A DNA stretch of 64,000 nt from an uncultured Actinomycetes bacterium (GCA_963773445.1 CAVZAU010000005.1:280944-344943), one strand, 5' to 3'. Shown: positions 9,183 to 18,372, counted from the stretch's first letter. Translations and numbers: made by a program. The notes: generated from the letters alone by a model not told the origin.

Positions 9183-10601
9183 ATGCTAACCATCCGCGGC
9201 GGCGGACCGATCTGCGGCCTGTCTGCGACTTCGCTCACAGCGGAGAAGAACCTCCTCTGCGATGCTCTTCCCGTGGCCCTTCCGCCCGAGCCGAGCAGTT
9301 CCCCGCTGGTGCAGACCCTGCGCTGGGCCTTCCGGCCGATCCCCTTCATGGAGGACTGCCGGCGCCAGTTCGGCGATTCTTTCGGCGTTCGCTTCCTCGG
9401 CTTCGAGCGGCCGATGGTGCTGATCTCCGACCCCGAGGCGATCAAGGCGCTCTACCGCGAGCGTGAGCACGGGTTGCCGCCGGGGCGCAACGCCGTCCTC
9501 AAGCCGATCGTCGGCTCGAAATCGCTGCTGATCCAGCAGGGGGCAGAGCACCTGAGCCGGCGCCGGTTGATGCTGCCGCCCTTCCACGGCGAGCGGATGC
9601 GCTCCTACGAGGCGACGATGAACGAGATCGTCGGCGCCGAGATCGACTCCTGGCCGCTGAACAGAGAGTTCCCGATCCACGCGCGGATGCAGGCGGTGAC
9701 GCTGGAGATCATCCTCCGCGTCGTCTTCGGCGTCTCCAGCGGGCCGCGGCTGGACCGGCTGCGGGAGATGCTCGCCACCGTCCTCACCGAAACCGCAACG
9801 CCGGGGCGGCAGGTGCTGGGGCTGGCGCTGCAGCGCTTCGGCATCGGCGGCGGCATGTTCGCCCGCTTCGAGGGGCAGCTGCGCGAAGTCGACGAGCTGC
9901 TGCTGGCGGAGATCGCCGAGCACCGGGAACGGCCGGACCTCGAGCAGCGGGAGGACATCCTCTCGATGCTGATGGGGGCCGAGTTCGAGGACGGGACGCG
10001 GATGGAGGACCGGGAGCTGCGCGACCAGCTGATGACGCTGCTGCTGGCCGGCCACGAGACGACCGCGACCGCGCTGGCCTGGACCTTCGACCTGCTGCTG
10101 CGTCACCCGGCGGTGCTGGGGCGCCTGCGCGAGAGCCTGCTGGCCGATGAGGAGGAGTACCTGCGGGCGACGATCTCGGAGTCGCTGCGCCTGCGGCCGG
10201 TGATCCCGCTGGCGGGGCGGCGCCTCGCCAAGCCGCTCGTCGCCGACGGCCTTACCCTGCCCGAGGGGACCGACGTCACTCCGGCGATTTGGCTCACCCA
10301 CACCAGGGCCGACGTCTATCCCGAGCCATTCGCCTTCAAGCCCGAGCGGTTCCTCGAGGATGGCCCCGACACCTACGCCTGGATCCCCTTCGGCGGCGGC
10401 GTCCGCCGCTGCATCGGCGCCACCTTCGCCGAGTTCGAGATGCGCGTCGTCCTCCGCGAGGTCCTCACCCGCTGCGAGCTGCGCAAGGCGAGCCCGATGC
10501 CCGAGCGCACCGGCCGCCGCAACATCACCCTCTCCCCGAAGGACGGCACCCCGGTCCTCGTCACCTCACGCGAGCCGGCCCGCGAGCCGGTTGCGGTCTG
10601 A
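9183..10601 (+). CDS. Cytochrome P450
   Basis: FGGGVRRCIGATFAEFEM Cys-heme loop, AGHETTA I-helix and ESLRLRP (ExxR). An alternative GTG start at 9273 would leave a more plausible divergent promoter gap. Confidence 0.9.
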   Translation: MLTIRGGGPICGLSATSLTAEKNLLCDALPVALPPEPSSSPLVQTLRWAFRPIPFMEDCRRQFGDSFGVRFLGFERPMVLISDPEAIKALYREREHGLPPGRNAVLKPIVGSKSLLIQQGAEHLSRRRLMLPPFHGERMRSYEATMNEIVGAEIDSWPLNREFPIHARMQAVTLEIILRVVFGVSSGPRLDRLREMLATVLTETATPGRQVLGLALQRFGIGGGMFARFEGQLREVDELLLAEIAEHRERPDLEQREDILSMLMGAEFEDGTRMEDRELRDQLMTLLLAGHETTATALAWTFDLLLRHPAVLGRLRESLLADEEEYLRATISESLRLRPVIPLAGRRLAKPLVADGLTLPEGTDVTPAIWLTHTRADVYPEPFAFKPERFLEDGPDTYAWIPFGGGVRRCIGATFAEFEMRVVLREVLTRCELRKASPMPERTGRRNITLSPKDGTPVLVTSREPAREPVAV

Positions 10602-10637
10602 CAACACGTTACGAACGTTTTTGTCTACACTTCTCCC

Positions 10638-10940
10638 ATGGAGGCACTTCTGGAGAAGGAGGCGGACGTGGAGAGCTGGAACGACGAGCGAATGGACGAA
10701 CTCAGCCAGCGGGTGGATGCGGGGTTCGAGAAGACGGCTACCAAAGAGGAGATGGATCGCCGCTTCGGCGAGGTGAGTGGGCGGTTCGATCGCTTCGAAA
10801 GAACTGTCAGTTCCCGGTTTGACGAAGTCGCCGGAGAGCTCCGTCATCTGAACGAACGCTTCGACCGCCTCTTGAACACGCTCACCGTCGGTCTGATCGG
10901 GGTGGTCGCCGCCCTCTTGGCAGGCGGAATCTTCGGCTGA
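10638..10940 (+). CDS. Hypothetical tail-anchored coiled-coil membrane protein
   Basis: 100 aa with a charged helical repeat-like region (RFGEVSGRFDRFERTVSSRFDEVAGELRHLNERFDRL) and a C-terminal TM (LTVGLIGVVAALLAGGIF). Confidence 0.55.
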   Translation: MEALLEKEADVESWNDERMDELSQRVDAGFEKTATKEEMDRRFGEVSGRFDRFERTVSSRFDEVAGELRHLNERFDRLLNTLTVGLIGVVAALLAGGIFG

Positions 10941-10943
10941 GGC

Positions 10944-11246
10944 TCAACCCCCGGACTTGGCCGGCGAGTGCGGATGCTCCTTCGCCCAGCGGGCGATCGT
11001 GCCGGAGCCGGAGATCACCTCGCCGTCGTCGAGGACGAGGATCGGAACCTCGTTGGTGCCGCTGAGGCGCTTGATCTCCTCGCGGTCGGCGCCCCGCGAA
11101 CCCCAGGTCCAGGCGGCCATCCGGTAGCCGCCGACGGTCTTGACCTCGTACTCATAGCCGGCCGCGTCGAGTGCCTTGCCGGCCTTGGCGCAGGGATGGG
11201 CAAAGCCCGGCCCCCGCTTCTCCTGCCCGCACGTGTAGAGGATCAT
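10944..11246 (-). CDS. Glutaredoxin/GST-N-like thioredoxin-fold protein
   Basis: 100 aa with an MILYTC..HPCAKA N-terminus and NEVPILVLDDGEVISGSGTI, typical of glutaredoxin-like folds. Confidence 0.75.
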   Translation of the reverse strand: MILYTCGQEKRGPGFAHPCAKAGKALDAAGYEYEVKTVGGYRMAAWTWGSRGADREEIKRLSGTNEVPILVLDDGEVISGSGTIARWAKEHPHSPAKSGG

Positions 11247-11287
11247 CGCCCGCAGCCTATCGCCACTCCCGGTGCTACATTCGTAGC

Positions 11288-11572
11288 ATGAACGTAGAAG
11301 CTGCTCCCCGGAATAAGGAAGTTGCCTCCCGAGAGTTGCGAAACGACACCGCGGGGCTGCTGCGCAGGGTTGAGGAGGGGGAGACGATCGTGATCACGCG
11401 GCGAGGTAAGCCGGTGGCTGATTTGGTTCCACACAGACCGACGGTGGGCCGGGGGTTGACTCCAACTGAGGTGATCGAAATTCGCGAGATCGCGTCCGGT
11501 GACCCGACCTGGGCAGCGGACCTGGCGAAGTTGCGAGAGGAAACCACCGACGATCTTGGGCCGATTCGATGA
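11288..11572 (+). CDS. Type II antitoxin (Phd/YefM-VapB type)
   Basis: SRELRNDTAGLLRRVEEGETIVITRRGKPVADLVP is a Phd/YefM-like N-terminus. Overlaps the PIN toxin gene by 4 nt (ATGA). Confidence 0.85.
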   Translation: MNVEAAPRNKEVASRELRNDTAGLLRRVEEGETIVITRRGKPVADLVPHRPTVGRGLTPTEVIEIREIASGDPTWAADLAKLREETTDDLGPIR

Positions 11573-11979
11573 GTGCGGAGCGGGCGAACGTAGGGTTACT
11601 TGACACCTCCGCAGTTATTGCTTCGGAGGAGGGTCGCCCACTCAGAGAGGAGGCGCTGCCTACCGAAACCGTGATCTCCATCATCACGGTGGCCGAGCTG
11701 CGTGCCGGTGTCCTTGGGGCACCGGATGTGGGAACGCGGGACCGTCGTCTCGCGACCCTTGAGCGAGCCTCAAAGGCTGCCGTTTTCCCGATCGACCATC
11801 GAGTCGCCGAGACCTGGGCAGGGATGCGCGCCTACCTTGCTGCTTCAGAAGGGCGGGTGAGCGTCAACGATCTCTGGATCGCTGCGACCGCTGCTGCCAA
11901 TCGGATGCCGGTGATCACCCAGGACCGCGACTTCTATGCCCTTTCGGGCGTCAACGGCCTGACGGTGATCGAGGTCTGA
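11569..11979 (+). CDS. vapC: PIN-domain ribonuclease toxin VapC
   Basis: 136 aa with LLDTSAVIA (first acidic residue), NDLWIAATA and VITQDRDF, the PIN signature. Confidence 0.9.
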   Translation: MSAERANVGLLDTSAVIASEEGRPLREEALPTETVISIITVAELRAGVLGAPDVGTRDRRLATLERASKAAVFPIDHRVAETWAGMRAYLAASEGRVSVNDLWIAATAAANRMPVITQDRDFYALSGVNGLTVIEV

Positions 11980-13263
11980 TCAGGACCGCAGCGCTTCCAG
12001 CCGCGCGAATATCTCGGGAACGTGGGTGAGGTAGGCGTTGTAGTCGAAGACAGCGTCGAGGTCGAGGTCGGGCGCGGCCTCGGCGAGGAGGTCGCGGAAC
12101 TCGGTGCGGGTGTCCCAGGCGCGCTGGGCGTTCTCCTGGACGACGCGGTAGGCGTCGTCGCGGGTCATCCCGGACTCGACCAGCGCCGTCAGCGCCCGTT
12201 GGCTGAAGAGGGCGCCGTAGGTGATGCCGAGGTTCCCGCGCATCCGCTCCTCGTTGATCTTCATTCCTGACGCCACTTTGGCCGCCAGGTCCTGCATGTA
12301 GTCGAGCGCGATCGTCGCGTCGGGGAGGATCACCCGCTCGGCGCCGGAGTGGGAGATGTCGCGCTCGTGCCATAGGGCGACGTTCTCGACCGCCGCCTGC
12401 GCGTAGCCGCGGAGGACGCGGGCCAAGCCCGTGATCCGCTCGGTGCGGATCGGGTTGCGCTTGTGCGGCATCGCCGAGGAGCCCTTCTGGCCGGCGGCGA
12501 ACGGCTCTTCGACCTCGCGCACCTCGGTTCTCTGCAGGTTCCGCACCTCGGTCGCGAAGCGCTCGAGGCCGGCGCCGGCGATCGCGACCGCGCTCAGCAG
12601 CTCGGCGTGGCGATCGCGCGGGACGACCTGGGTGGCGACGTCCTCGCGGCCGAGGCCCAGCTTCTGCATCACCCGCGCCTCGACTGCGGGCGGGACCGAG
12701 GCGTAGGTGCCGACGGCGCCGGAGAGCTTGCCGACGGCGAGCTGGGCGAAGGCCTCCTCGAGCCGATCGAGGTTGCGGTCGGCCTCGAAGGCGAAGCCGG
12801 CGAGCCGCAGGCCGAAGGTCGTCGGCTCGGCGTGGACGCCGTGGGTGCGGCCGACGCAGAGGGTGTCGCGGTGCTCGAGCGCCCGCGCCACCAGCGCGTC
12901 GCGGTAGGCGCAGGCGCTGGCGAGGACGACTTCGCCGGCGCGGCGCAGTTGCAGCGCCAGCGCCGTGTCGAGCACGTCGGAGGAGGTGAGGCCGTAGTGG
13001 ATCCAGCGGCCGTGCTCGCCGACCGAGGCGGCGACGACGTCGACGAAGGCGGCGACGTCGTGGTCGGTCACCTTCTCCCGCTCGTCGACCGCCTCGACCG
13101 TGAAGGCCGCCCGCTCGCGCGCCTCGCGCGCCGCCTCCTCCGGGACGACGCCCTCCGCGGCCCAGGCCTCGGTGGCCGCCAGCTCGACCTCGAGCCAGCT
13201 CTCGAGCTTCGCCTGCTGCGTCCAGACCGCCCCGATCTCGGGGCGGGTGTAGCGGGGGATCAC
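11980..13263 (-). CDS. purB: Adenylosuccinate lyase
   Basis: 427-aa fumarate-lyase superfamily protein with signature GSSAMPHKRNP. Confidence 0.97.
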   Translation of the reverse strand: MIPRYTRPEIGAVWTQQAKLESWLEVELAATEAWAAEGVVPEEAAREARERAAFTVEAVDEREKVTDHDVAAFVDVVAASVGEHGRWIHYGLTSSDVLDTALALQLRRAGEVVLASACAYRDALVARALEHRDTLCVGRTHGVHAEPTTFGLRLAGFAFEADRNLDRLEEAFAQLAVGKLSGAVGTYASVPPAVEARVMQKLGLGREDVATQVVPRDRHAELLSAVAIAGAGLERFATEVRNLQRTEVREVEEPFAAGQKGSSAMPHKRNPIRTERITGLARVLRGYAQAAVENVALWHERDISHSGAERVILPDATIALDYMQDLAAKVASGMKINEERMRGNLGITYGALFSQRALTALVESGMTRDDAYRVVQENAQRAWDTRTEFRDLLAEAAPDLDLDAVFDYNAYLTHVPEIFARLEALRS

Positions 13264-13784
13264 GCGTTGATTATCCGCGCGGCGAGGACGCCGGCGTTCT
13301 TCGCCCCGTCGATCGCGACGCAGGCGACCGGAATCCCCGGCGGCATCTGCACCGCCGAGAGCAGCGCGTCGAGCCCGCCCAGGCTCTTGCCGAGGATCGG
13401 CACCCCGATCACCGGCAGGTCGGTGTGGGCCGCCGCGACCCCGGGCAGCGCCGCCGACATCCCGGCCCCGGCGATGATCACCTTCAGCCCCCGCATGCGG
13501 GCGTTCTGGCAGTACTCGCGGACCATCTCGGGGTCGCGGTGGGCGCTCATCACCCGCACCTCGTAGCGGATGCCCGCTTCCTCGAGGGATTTCCCGGCCG
13601 GTTCCATCTTCGGCTTGTCGTTCTTCGAGCCCATGATGATCCCGACGTGCGGCTCGTCGACGTCGATTTCGGTGAAGGCTTCCTCGACCGTGGCCATCGT
13701 CGCGGTCTCGGTGGGATCGGCGGGGCCGCCCCCTGCGGGCGTCGCGGTCCCGGTCGGCTGCGGCTCCTCTGAGATCTCGCTCAT
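13260..13784 (-). CDS. purE: 5-(carboxyamino)imidazole ribonucleotide mutase PurE with ~45-aa low-complexity N-terminal extension
   Basis: GIIMGSKNDKP...VRVMSAHRDPE...IIAGAGMSAALPG core. ATG 13784 is preceded by AAGGAG. 4-nt overlap with purB. Confidence 0.93.
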   Translation of the reverse strand: MSEISEEPQPTGTATPAGGGPADPTETATMATVEEAFTEIDVDEPHVGIIMGSKNDKPKMEPAGKSLEEAGIRYEVRVMSAHRDPEMVREYCQNARMRGLKVIIAGAGMSAALPGVAAAHTDLPVIGVPILGKSLGGLDALLSAVQMPPGIPVACVAIDGAKNAGVLAARIINA

Positions 13785-13830
13785 CTCGCTCCTTCGGATT
13801 CTGTTGGTGAGATTCTGTTGATGAACTGGG

Positions 13831-15105
13831 TTAGCTAGGGACGCGCTCGACGGCGCGGGCGGCGATGTCGGTGCGGATCTGCATTCCCTCGAAGGTGATC
13901 CGGCTGGCGGCATCGTATGCACGATCGCGCGCCTCGGCGGGACTGCTACCCAGCCCCGTCACGTTCAGCACCCGGCCACCGGCGGTGACGATCTGGCCGC
14001 CGCGCTCGGCGGTACCCGCGTGGGTCACCTCGGCGATCTCCGCCGCCTCGGCGAGGCCGCTGATTACATCCCCCCTGGAGGAGGACTCCGGGTAGCCGGC
14101 GGAGGCGAGGACGACGGTCACCGCCCAGTTGTCGTCGAATTCGGCGGTGACGCCGGCGAGGCCGCCGGGCTCGCGGGAGGCGAGGAAGAGCTCACCGAGG
14201 TCGGAGCGTAGGCGCGGCAGCACCGCCTGGGTCTCGGGGTCGCCGAAGCGGGCGTTGAACTCGAGCACCTTCAGTCCCTCGGGTCCAATCATCAGCCCGG
14301 CGTAGAGGACGCCGTGGAAGGGGACGCCGCGGGCGGCCATCGTCGCCACCACCGGGCGGTGGACCCCCTCGACGATCTCCTCGACCTCGGCGGCGCCGAA
14401 GCCGGGGACGGGGGAGTAGCTGCCCATGCCGCCGGTGTTGGGTCCCTCGTCGCCGTCGAAGATTCGCTTGTAGTCCTGGGCGGGTGCGAGGGGGACGACG
14501 TTCTCGCCGTCGCAGAGCGCCAGCAGCGAGAGCTCCTCGCCCTCGAGGAAGTCCTCGAGCACGACCGTGGTGCTGCCGAAGCGCTGCTCGGTGAAGAAGA
14601 CGTCGACCGCCTCGCGCCCCTCGCCCTCGTCCTGGCAGATGATCACGCCCTTGCCCGCGGCGAGTCCGTCGGCCTTGAGCACGGTGGGATAGGAGCAGCT
14701 CGCCAGCCGCTCGAGCGCTTCCTCGCGGCTGCGCAGCAGCAGGTGTGAAGCGGTCGGCACTCCGGCCTCCTCCATCAGCTCCTTGGCAAACGCCTTCGAC
14801 CCCTCCAGCGCGGCCGCGTCCCTGAGCGGGCCGAAGGCGGGGATGCCCGAGCCCTCCAGCGCGTCGACCGCTCCGGCGACCAGCCCAGCCTCGGGGCCGA
14901 TCACGACGAGGTCGACGCCGTTCTCCTTGGCCGCGGCGACGATCGCGGCGGCATCGTCGGCCGCGACGTCGGGGAGGCAGCCGGCATCGGCCGCGATGCC
15001 CGCGTTGCCCGGCGCGCAGAGGACGTCGGTGACCTGCGGCGAGCGCCGCAGCGCCCGCACGATCGCGTGCTCGCGCCCGCCTCCGCCTACGACCAGCGCC
15101 TTCAA
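13831..15105 (-). CDS. purD: Phosphoribosylamine-glycine ligase
   Basis: 424-aa ATP-grasp protein: [15 protein letters not shown]-terminus and later [12 protein letters not shown]. Confidence 0.97.
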   Translation of the reverse strand: MKALVVGGGGREHAIVRALRRSPQVTDVLCAPGNAGIAADAGCLPDVAADDAAAIVAAAKENGVDLVVIGPEAGLVAGAVDALEGSGIPAFGPLRDAAALEGSKAFAKELMEEAGVPTASHLLLRSREEALERLASCSYPTVLKADGLAAGKGVIICQDEGEGREAVDVFFTEQRFGSTTVVLEDFLEGEELSLLALCDGENVVPLAPAQDYKRIFDGDEGPNTGGMGSYSPVPGFGAAEVEEIVEGVHRPVVATMAARGVPFHGVLYAGLMIGPEGLKVLEFNARFGDPETQAVLPRLRSDLGELFLASREPGGLAGVTAEFDDNWAVTVVLASAGYPESSSRGDVISGLAEAAEIAEVTHAGTAERGGQIVTAGGRVLNVTGLGSSPAEARDRAYDAASRITFEGMQIRTDIAARAVERVPS

Positions 15106-15110
15106 CGCGG

Positions 15111-15392
15111 CTACAGCGAACCGGCCAGGTCGCCGGCCGGAATCGCGGCCAGCGTCTGGCTCGTCATCGTCCCGCGTGAGCCCAGCTCGACGGAGACCTT
15201 CGCCATCGTCTTGTCATCAGGCGCCTCGACCACGGTGACGAAGTCGTACTGCCCGAGCGTGGCGTACTGCGAGACCACCTTCACCCCCATCTGTTCGACC
15301 TCGCGGTTCACCTCGTCGATCCGCCCCGGGTTGTTCTTCAGCGTTCGAACGCCCTCGGCGGTCAGGTTGGTCAGCATCAAGAAAGTCGGCAT
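15111..15392 (-). CDS. GYD domain protein
   Basis: 93 aa, [22 protein letters not shown]...[14 protein letters not shown], typical of the GYD family. Confidence 0.85.
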   Translation of the reverse strand: MPTFLMLTNLTAEGVRTLKNNPGRIDEVNREVEQMGVKVVSQYATLGQYDFVTVVEAPDDKTMAKVSVELGSRGTMTSQTLAAIPAGDLAGSL

Positions 15393-15455
15393 CTCCGCCC
15401 CCTTCAGATCAATGGTCGAACCTCTGCTTCAACCGTACTGCTTCCGGGCGGGTGA

Positions 15456-15558
15456 GGGGACCGGGTGCCCCTCTCCCGAAGACCGTCGCGCAGCTGGGAC
15501 GTGCTGCTGGGCGCCACCGTGGTCTCAGGAGCCTTCGTGAGAGGGGCACCCGGTCCCC
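15456..15558. repeat. Hairpin-bounded repeat unit 1 (103 nt) with perfect 18-bp terminal stem
   Basis: GGGGACCGGGTGCCCCTC (15456-15473) is the exact reverse complement of GAGGGGCACCCGGTCCCC (15541-15558). The interior is homologous to the reverse complement of unit 2. Confidence 0.9.
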
Positions 15559-15580
15559 TTGCTCCTCCGATGAGGGGGCA

Positions 15581-15617
15581 TGGCGCTTTTGTTACCCATA
15601 GGTTCACAAAAGCGCCA
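15581..15617. repeat. Central 12-bp stem hairpin between the two units
   Basis: TGGCGCTTTTGT (15581-15592) pairs with ACAAAAGCGCCA (15606-15617) across a 13-nt loop. Confidence 0.85.
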
Positions 15618-15642
15618 ATGGATCTAGCCGGCGGAGTCGGAA

Positions 15643-15747
15643 GGAGGGTTCTATGCCCCTCCCACAGAGGCTCCTGAGACCACAAATGCGCCCTGCACAC
15701 CGCCCCAGCTGCGCGACGGTCTCTGGGGGAGGGGCATAGAACCCTCC
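15643..15747. repeat. Hairpin-bounded repeat unit 2 (105 nt, inverted relative to unit 1) with perfect 20-bp terminal stem
   Basis: GGAGGGTTCTATGCCCCTCC (15643-15662) pairs with GGAGGGGCATAGAACCCTCC (15728-15747). Interior blocks 15669-15683 and 15706-15723 are exact reverse complements of 15519-15533 and 15481-15498. Confidence 0.9.
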
Positions 15748-15756
15748 ACCCACGCC

Positions 15757-17409
15757 CTAGTACGCGTAGTAGCCGGCGTGAATGTGGTCGCAGTGGTCCG
15801 GCAGGGCGAAGGCCGGGCCGAGGCCGTCGAGGTCGAAGCAGTAGATCAGCTCGGTCGGGTGCAGCGGGTCCGGCAGCTGGGCGAGGGCGTAGCCGAGCTC
15901 GGCGCAGGGGGCGGTGGTGGAGGTGTCGGTGCAGGAGACGCCGTCGACGGCTGCGATGTCCATCGCCCGGCCGTAGAAGTGGTTGGAGACATTGCCCGAG
16001 GCGGTCATCTGCGAGTGGTCGGAGCGCAGGGCGGTGATCGTGATCTGGTGGTCCTTGGTCATCAGCGCCAGCAGGCCGACGACGCGCTGGTCGAGGAGGC
16101 CGGCCTGGATATCCCGCAGCTCGAGGTCGTTGGAGAGGGTGAGGTTCTGCCAGTTGATCTGGGAGGCCGTGTCGCCGGGGAGGACGATCGTCCACTCCTT
16201 GCTGGTGACCGCGCACTTGCCGGCCAGCTGGTCGGCCTCGCTGGCGACGGCGTCGACGTACCAGGCGGCCTGGTTGTGGGTGAAGACGCCGGCGTCGATG
16301 CCCCCGCGCGACCACATCAGGCGGGCCAGGGTCGCCGCCGAGTCGTCGACGTCGCCGTGGCGGATGCGGCCGTCTTCGTCGCCGTCGACTGCGTAGTTGC
16401 TCCACTCCATCTTGTCGAGGCCGAGTGGCCCGAAGGTGCGCAGCTGCTGCTTGCTCATGCCGCGTCCGAAGTTCGACTCCAGGCGGGTGATCGCCGCCAG
16501 CGTCCAGACGCCGCGCTTGCCCAGTTCGTAGCGGCCGGCGGCTGCCTCGAAGGCCCCCAGGTAGTCCTCGGGGATCTCCTTCTTCCAACCGTCGGACGGG
16601 GTGCACTTGAGGACCTGGATCTGCGGCGTCAGGGTCAGCGTCGTGTAGCTGCCCCCGACTTCGTCGGCGTAGCAGCCGGCGTTCTGCAGCACCTCTTCGA
16701 CGTACCAGTCGGCGTGGTTGTAGGCGAAGATCGCGCCCCAGACGTCTGCCGGCATGCCGGCGGCGCTGAGGTAGCGGGCGGCGGCGTAGATCGCGTCTTC
16801 GGGGTTGTTCGGGTCCGTGACCCCGTCGCCGTTGGCGTCGACCCCGTACATCGCCCAGGTTTCCGGCATGAACTGCATCCAGCCGACCGCACCGGCTGAG
16901 GAGGGGCCGAGGTTGGTCCCGAAGGCGGTCTCGATTGCGTTGATCCCGGCCAGGATCGCCGGCCCCTGCGGACCCAGCGCGTACTGGTCGGAGGCGCGGT
17001 GGTAGATCGGGATCAGCACCGGCGGCACGCCGTTGATCGCGCAGCTGGAGCTCGGCAACGAGGGGATCGTGAAGGCGCCGGGGCCGGGCGCGGTGGTGGC
17101 GCCGATGCCGGGGGTGGCGTCGGCTTCTTCGGGGGCTTCGGCTTCGACCCCGCCTTCGCCGTCGCCGACTCCGCCGTTGGGGGCGGGCGATTCCGTTGCC
17201 GGGGCCGGCGGCGGGACCAGAGTTTCGTTCTGCTTGACCGGCGGTTGGTTTGCTTCGGTCGGACTGCCGGCGCCTTCGAGGGCCGATCCCGGCACCAGGC
17301 CGCTGGCGGGCGCCGCCCCCTCGGCTTGTGCCACGGCGATCGGTACCGCCAACGCCGCGGTCGCCGCCGCGGTCGCCAGCGCCGCCTTGATCTTGCGCGT
17401 GTGCTCCAT
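15757..17409 (-). CDS. Secreted multidomain peptidoglycan hydrolase (two lytic-transglycosylase-like domains plus LAS/M15-type metallopeptidase)
   Basis: Signal peptide MEHTRKIKAALATAAATAALAVPIAVAQA. Motifs: AIETAFG...GWMQFMPETW (SLT-like), a second ITRLESNFG domain, and C-terminal SNHFYGRAMD (Hx6D) with DHIH (HxH). ATG 17409 overlaps the upstream stop (ATGA). Confidence 0.88.
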   Translation of the reverse strand: MEHTRKIKAALATAAATAALAVPIAVAQAEGAAPASGLVPGSALEGAGSPTEANQPPVKQNETLVPPPAPATESPAPNGGVGDGEGGVEAEAPEEADATPGIGATTAPGPGAFTIPSLPSSSCAINGVPPVLIPIYHRASDQYALGPQGPAILAGINAIETAFGTNLGPSSAGAVGWMQFMPETWAMYGVDANGDGVTDPNNPEDAIYAAARYLSAAGMPADVWGAIFAYNHADWYVEEVLQNAGCYADEVGGSYTTLTLTPQIQVLKCTPSDGWKKEIPEDYLGAFEAAAGRYELGKRGVWTLAAITRLESNFGRGMSKQQLRTFGPLGLDKMEWSNYAVDGDEDGRIRHGDVDDSAATLARLMWSRGGIDAGVFTHNQAAWYVDAVASEADQLAGKCAVTSKEWTIVLPGDTASQINWQNLTLSNDLELRDIQAGLLDQRVVGLLALMTKDHQITITALRSDHSQMTASGNVSNHFYGRAMDIAAVDGVSCTDTSTTAPCAELGYALAQLPDPLHPTELIYCFDLDGLGPAFALPDHCDHIHAGYYAY

Positions 17410-18260
17410 CAGCCGAGGACGTTGACCACTCGCCACTGCTTGTCTTTCAGCCGTTCCATTTCCAGCCGCAGCTCGCTGGTGGCGCCGACTCGCAGGAGCG
17501 AGACGCTGACCGGATAGATGCGGTCGTGCGAGGGGGCGGGGACGACGTTGAGGACTTTCGCCTTCGGGACCTTGACCCCGGCAGGCTGGCGCGGCGGCCG
17601 CTGCAGCAGCGCCTTCGTCACCTGCGGCGTCGCGGTTGCCTTGAAGGCTTTGCGGACCTCGCTCTTCCCAGCGCCGGTCTCGTAGACGACGAAGGCGTCG
17701 GCGAACTTGCGGGCGACGGCGATCGCGGCGGGACCTGCGGGCGGGCCGTCGACGCTGGCGGCGGCCGAGGCGGTGGCGCCGGCCGCGGGCTGGGCGGAGG
17801 GGTTGGTTGAGAAGGTGTCGGTGGCGGGGTTGCCGGTGTTGCTGGCGGTGGCGACCGGCGCTTCGCTCGGGTGGGCCTTCGACCCCTCGACCTGGGAGCG
17901 GTCATCCGCCGAAGCCTTGAAGACCGGGGTCGCCCCCTGCAGGGTCGGGACGGGGTCGGGCTTCGGCGCTGCTTCGACCGGCGCGGGCTCGGGTGCCGGC
18001 GCGCTCGTCACGGCGACCTGGGGCGCGGGCGCCGGCCCACTGCCGCCCGATGAAGCGAGCGAGTAGCCGCCGATGCCCAGCGCCAGCGCCAGCACCACGG
18101 CGCCGCCGGCGACGAGGGCGCGGCCGCCCTCGCCGAGACTGCGGAAGTAGTCCTCACCTCGCCAGAGCAGGTTGTCGCGCAGGGCCAGCGAGAGGTCCTC
18201 GAGGGCCTCCTCCCGGCGCCGCTGCGGGCGCGTGTTGATCGGGGTCTGGTCGTCGTTCAT
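17409..18260 (-). CDS. Membrane-anchored Pro/Ala-rich hypothetical protein
   Basis: 283 aa with one TM (LVAGGAVVLALALGIGGYSLA), a P/A-rich linker and a ~100-aa C-terminal globular domain. Translationally coupled to the hydrolase gene. Confidence 0.7.
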   Translation of the reverse strand: MNDDQTPINTRPQRRREEALEDLSLALRDNLLWRGEDYFRSLGEGGRALVAGGAVVLALALGIGGYSLASSGGSGPAPAPQVAVTSAPAPEPAPVEAAPKPDPVPTLQGATPVFKASADDRSQVEGSKAHPSEAPVATASNTGNPATDTFSTNPSAQPAAGATASAAASVDGPPAGPAAIAVARKFADAFVVYETGAGKSEVRKAFKATATPQVTKALLQRPPRQPAGVKVPKAKVLNVVPAPSHDRIYPVSVSLLRVGATSELRLEMERLKDKQWRVVNVLG

Positions 18261-18315
18261 CTGGTCTTGCCGGGGCTCTCCCTAAGCCTACGGTGGCTGG
18301 CCTTATTAAAGAGCA

Positions 18316-18344
18316 CCTATATGAGGTTCTTGTTTCGGCAGCAA
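18316..18344 (-). promoter_or_regulatory. Candidate sigma70-type promoter of the 17409-18260/hydrolase operon
   Basis: The minus strand reads TTGCTG-N17-TATAGG inside the only AT-rich patch of this spacer. Sequence inspection only. Confidence 0.3.
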
Positions 18345-18372
18345 TCGCCGCAAAGATGAGCCCCGTTCCGAT

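Noticed and set aside
13260-15105. Absence of purK next to purE as a possible anomaly.
   Set aside because: purK is frequently encoded elsewhere. Nothing in this window shows a deletion scar, so it is not reported as a finding.
15404-16606. Track ORFs 15404..16606 (-) and 15465..15677 (+) overlapping the intergenic quasi-palindrome.
   Set aside because: The translations are low-complexity, and the first overlaps the hydrolase gene out of frame. The region is fully explained by inverted repeats.
18261-18372. Possible cyclic-di-AMP (ydaO-type) riboswitch upstream of the cell-wall hydrolase operon, as is common in Actinobacteria.
   Set aside because: The spacer is only 112 nt and I could not recognise the conserved ydaO helices or motifs. 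It needs an Infernal/Rfam scan to exclude formally.
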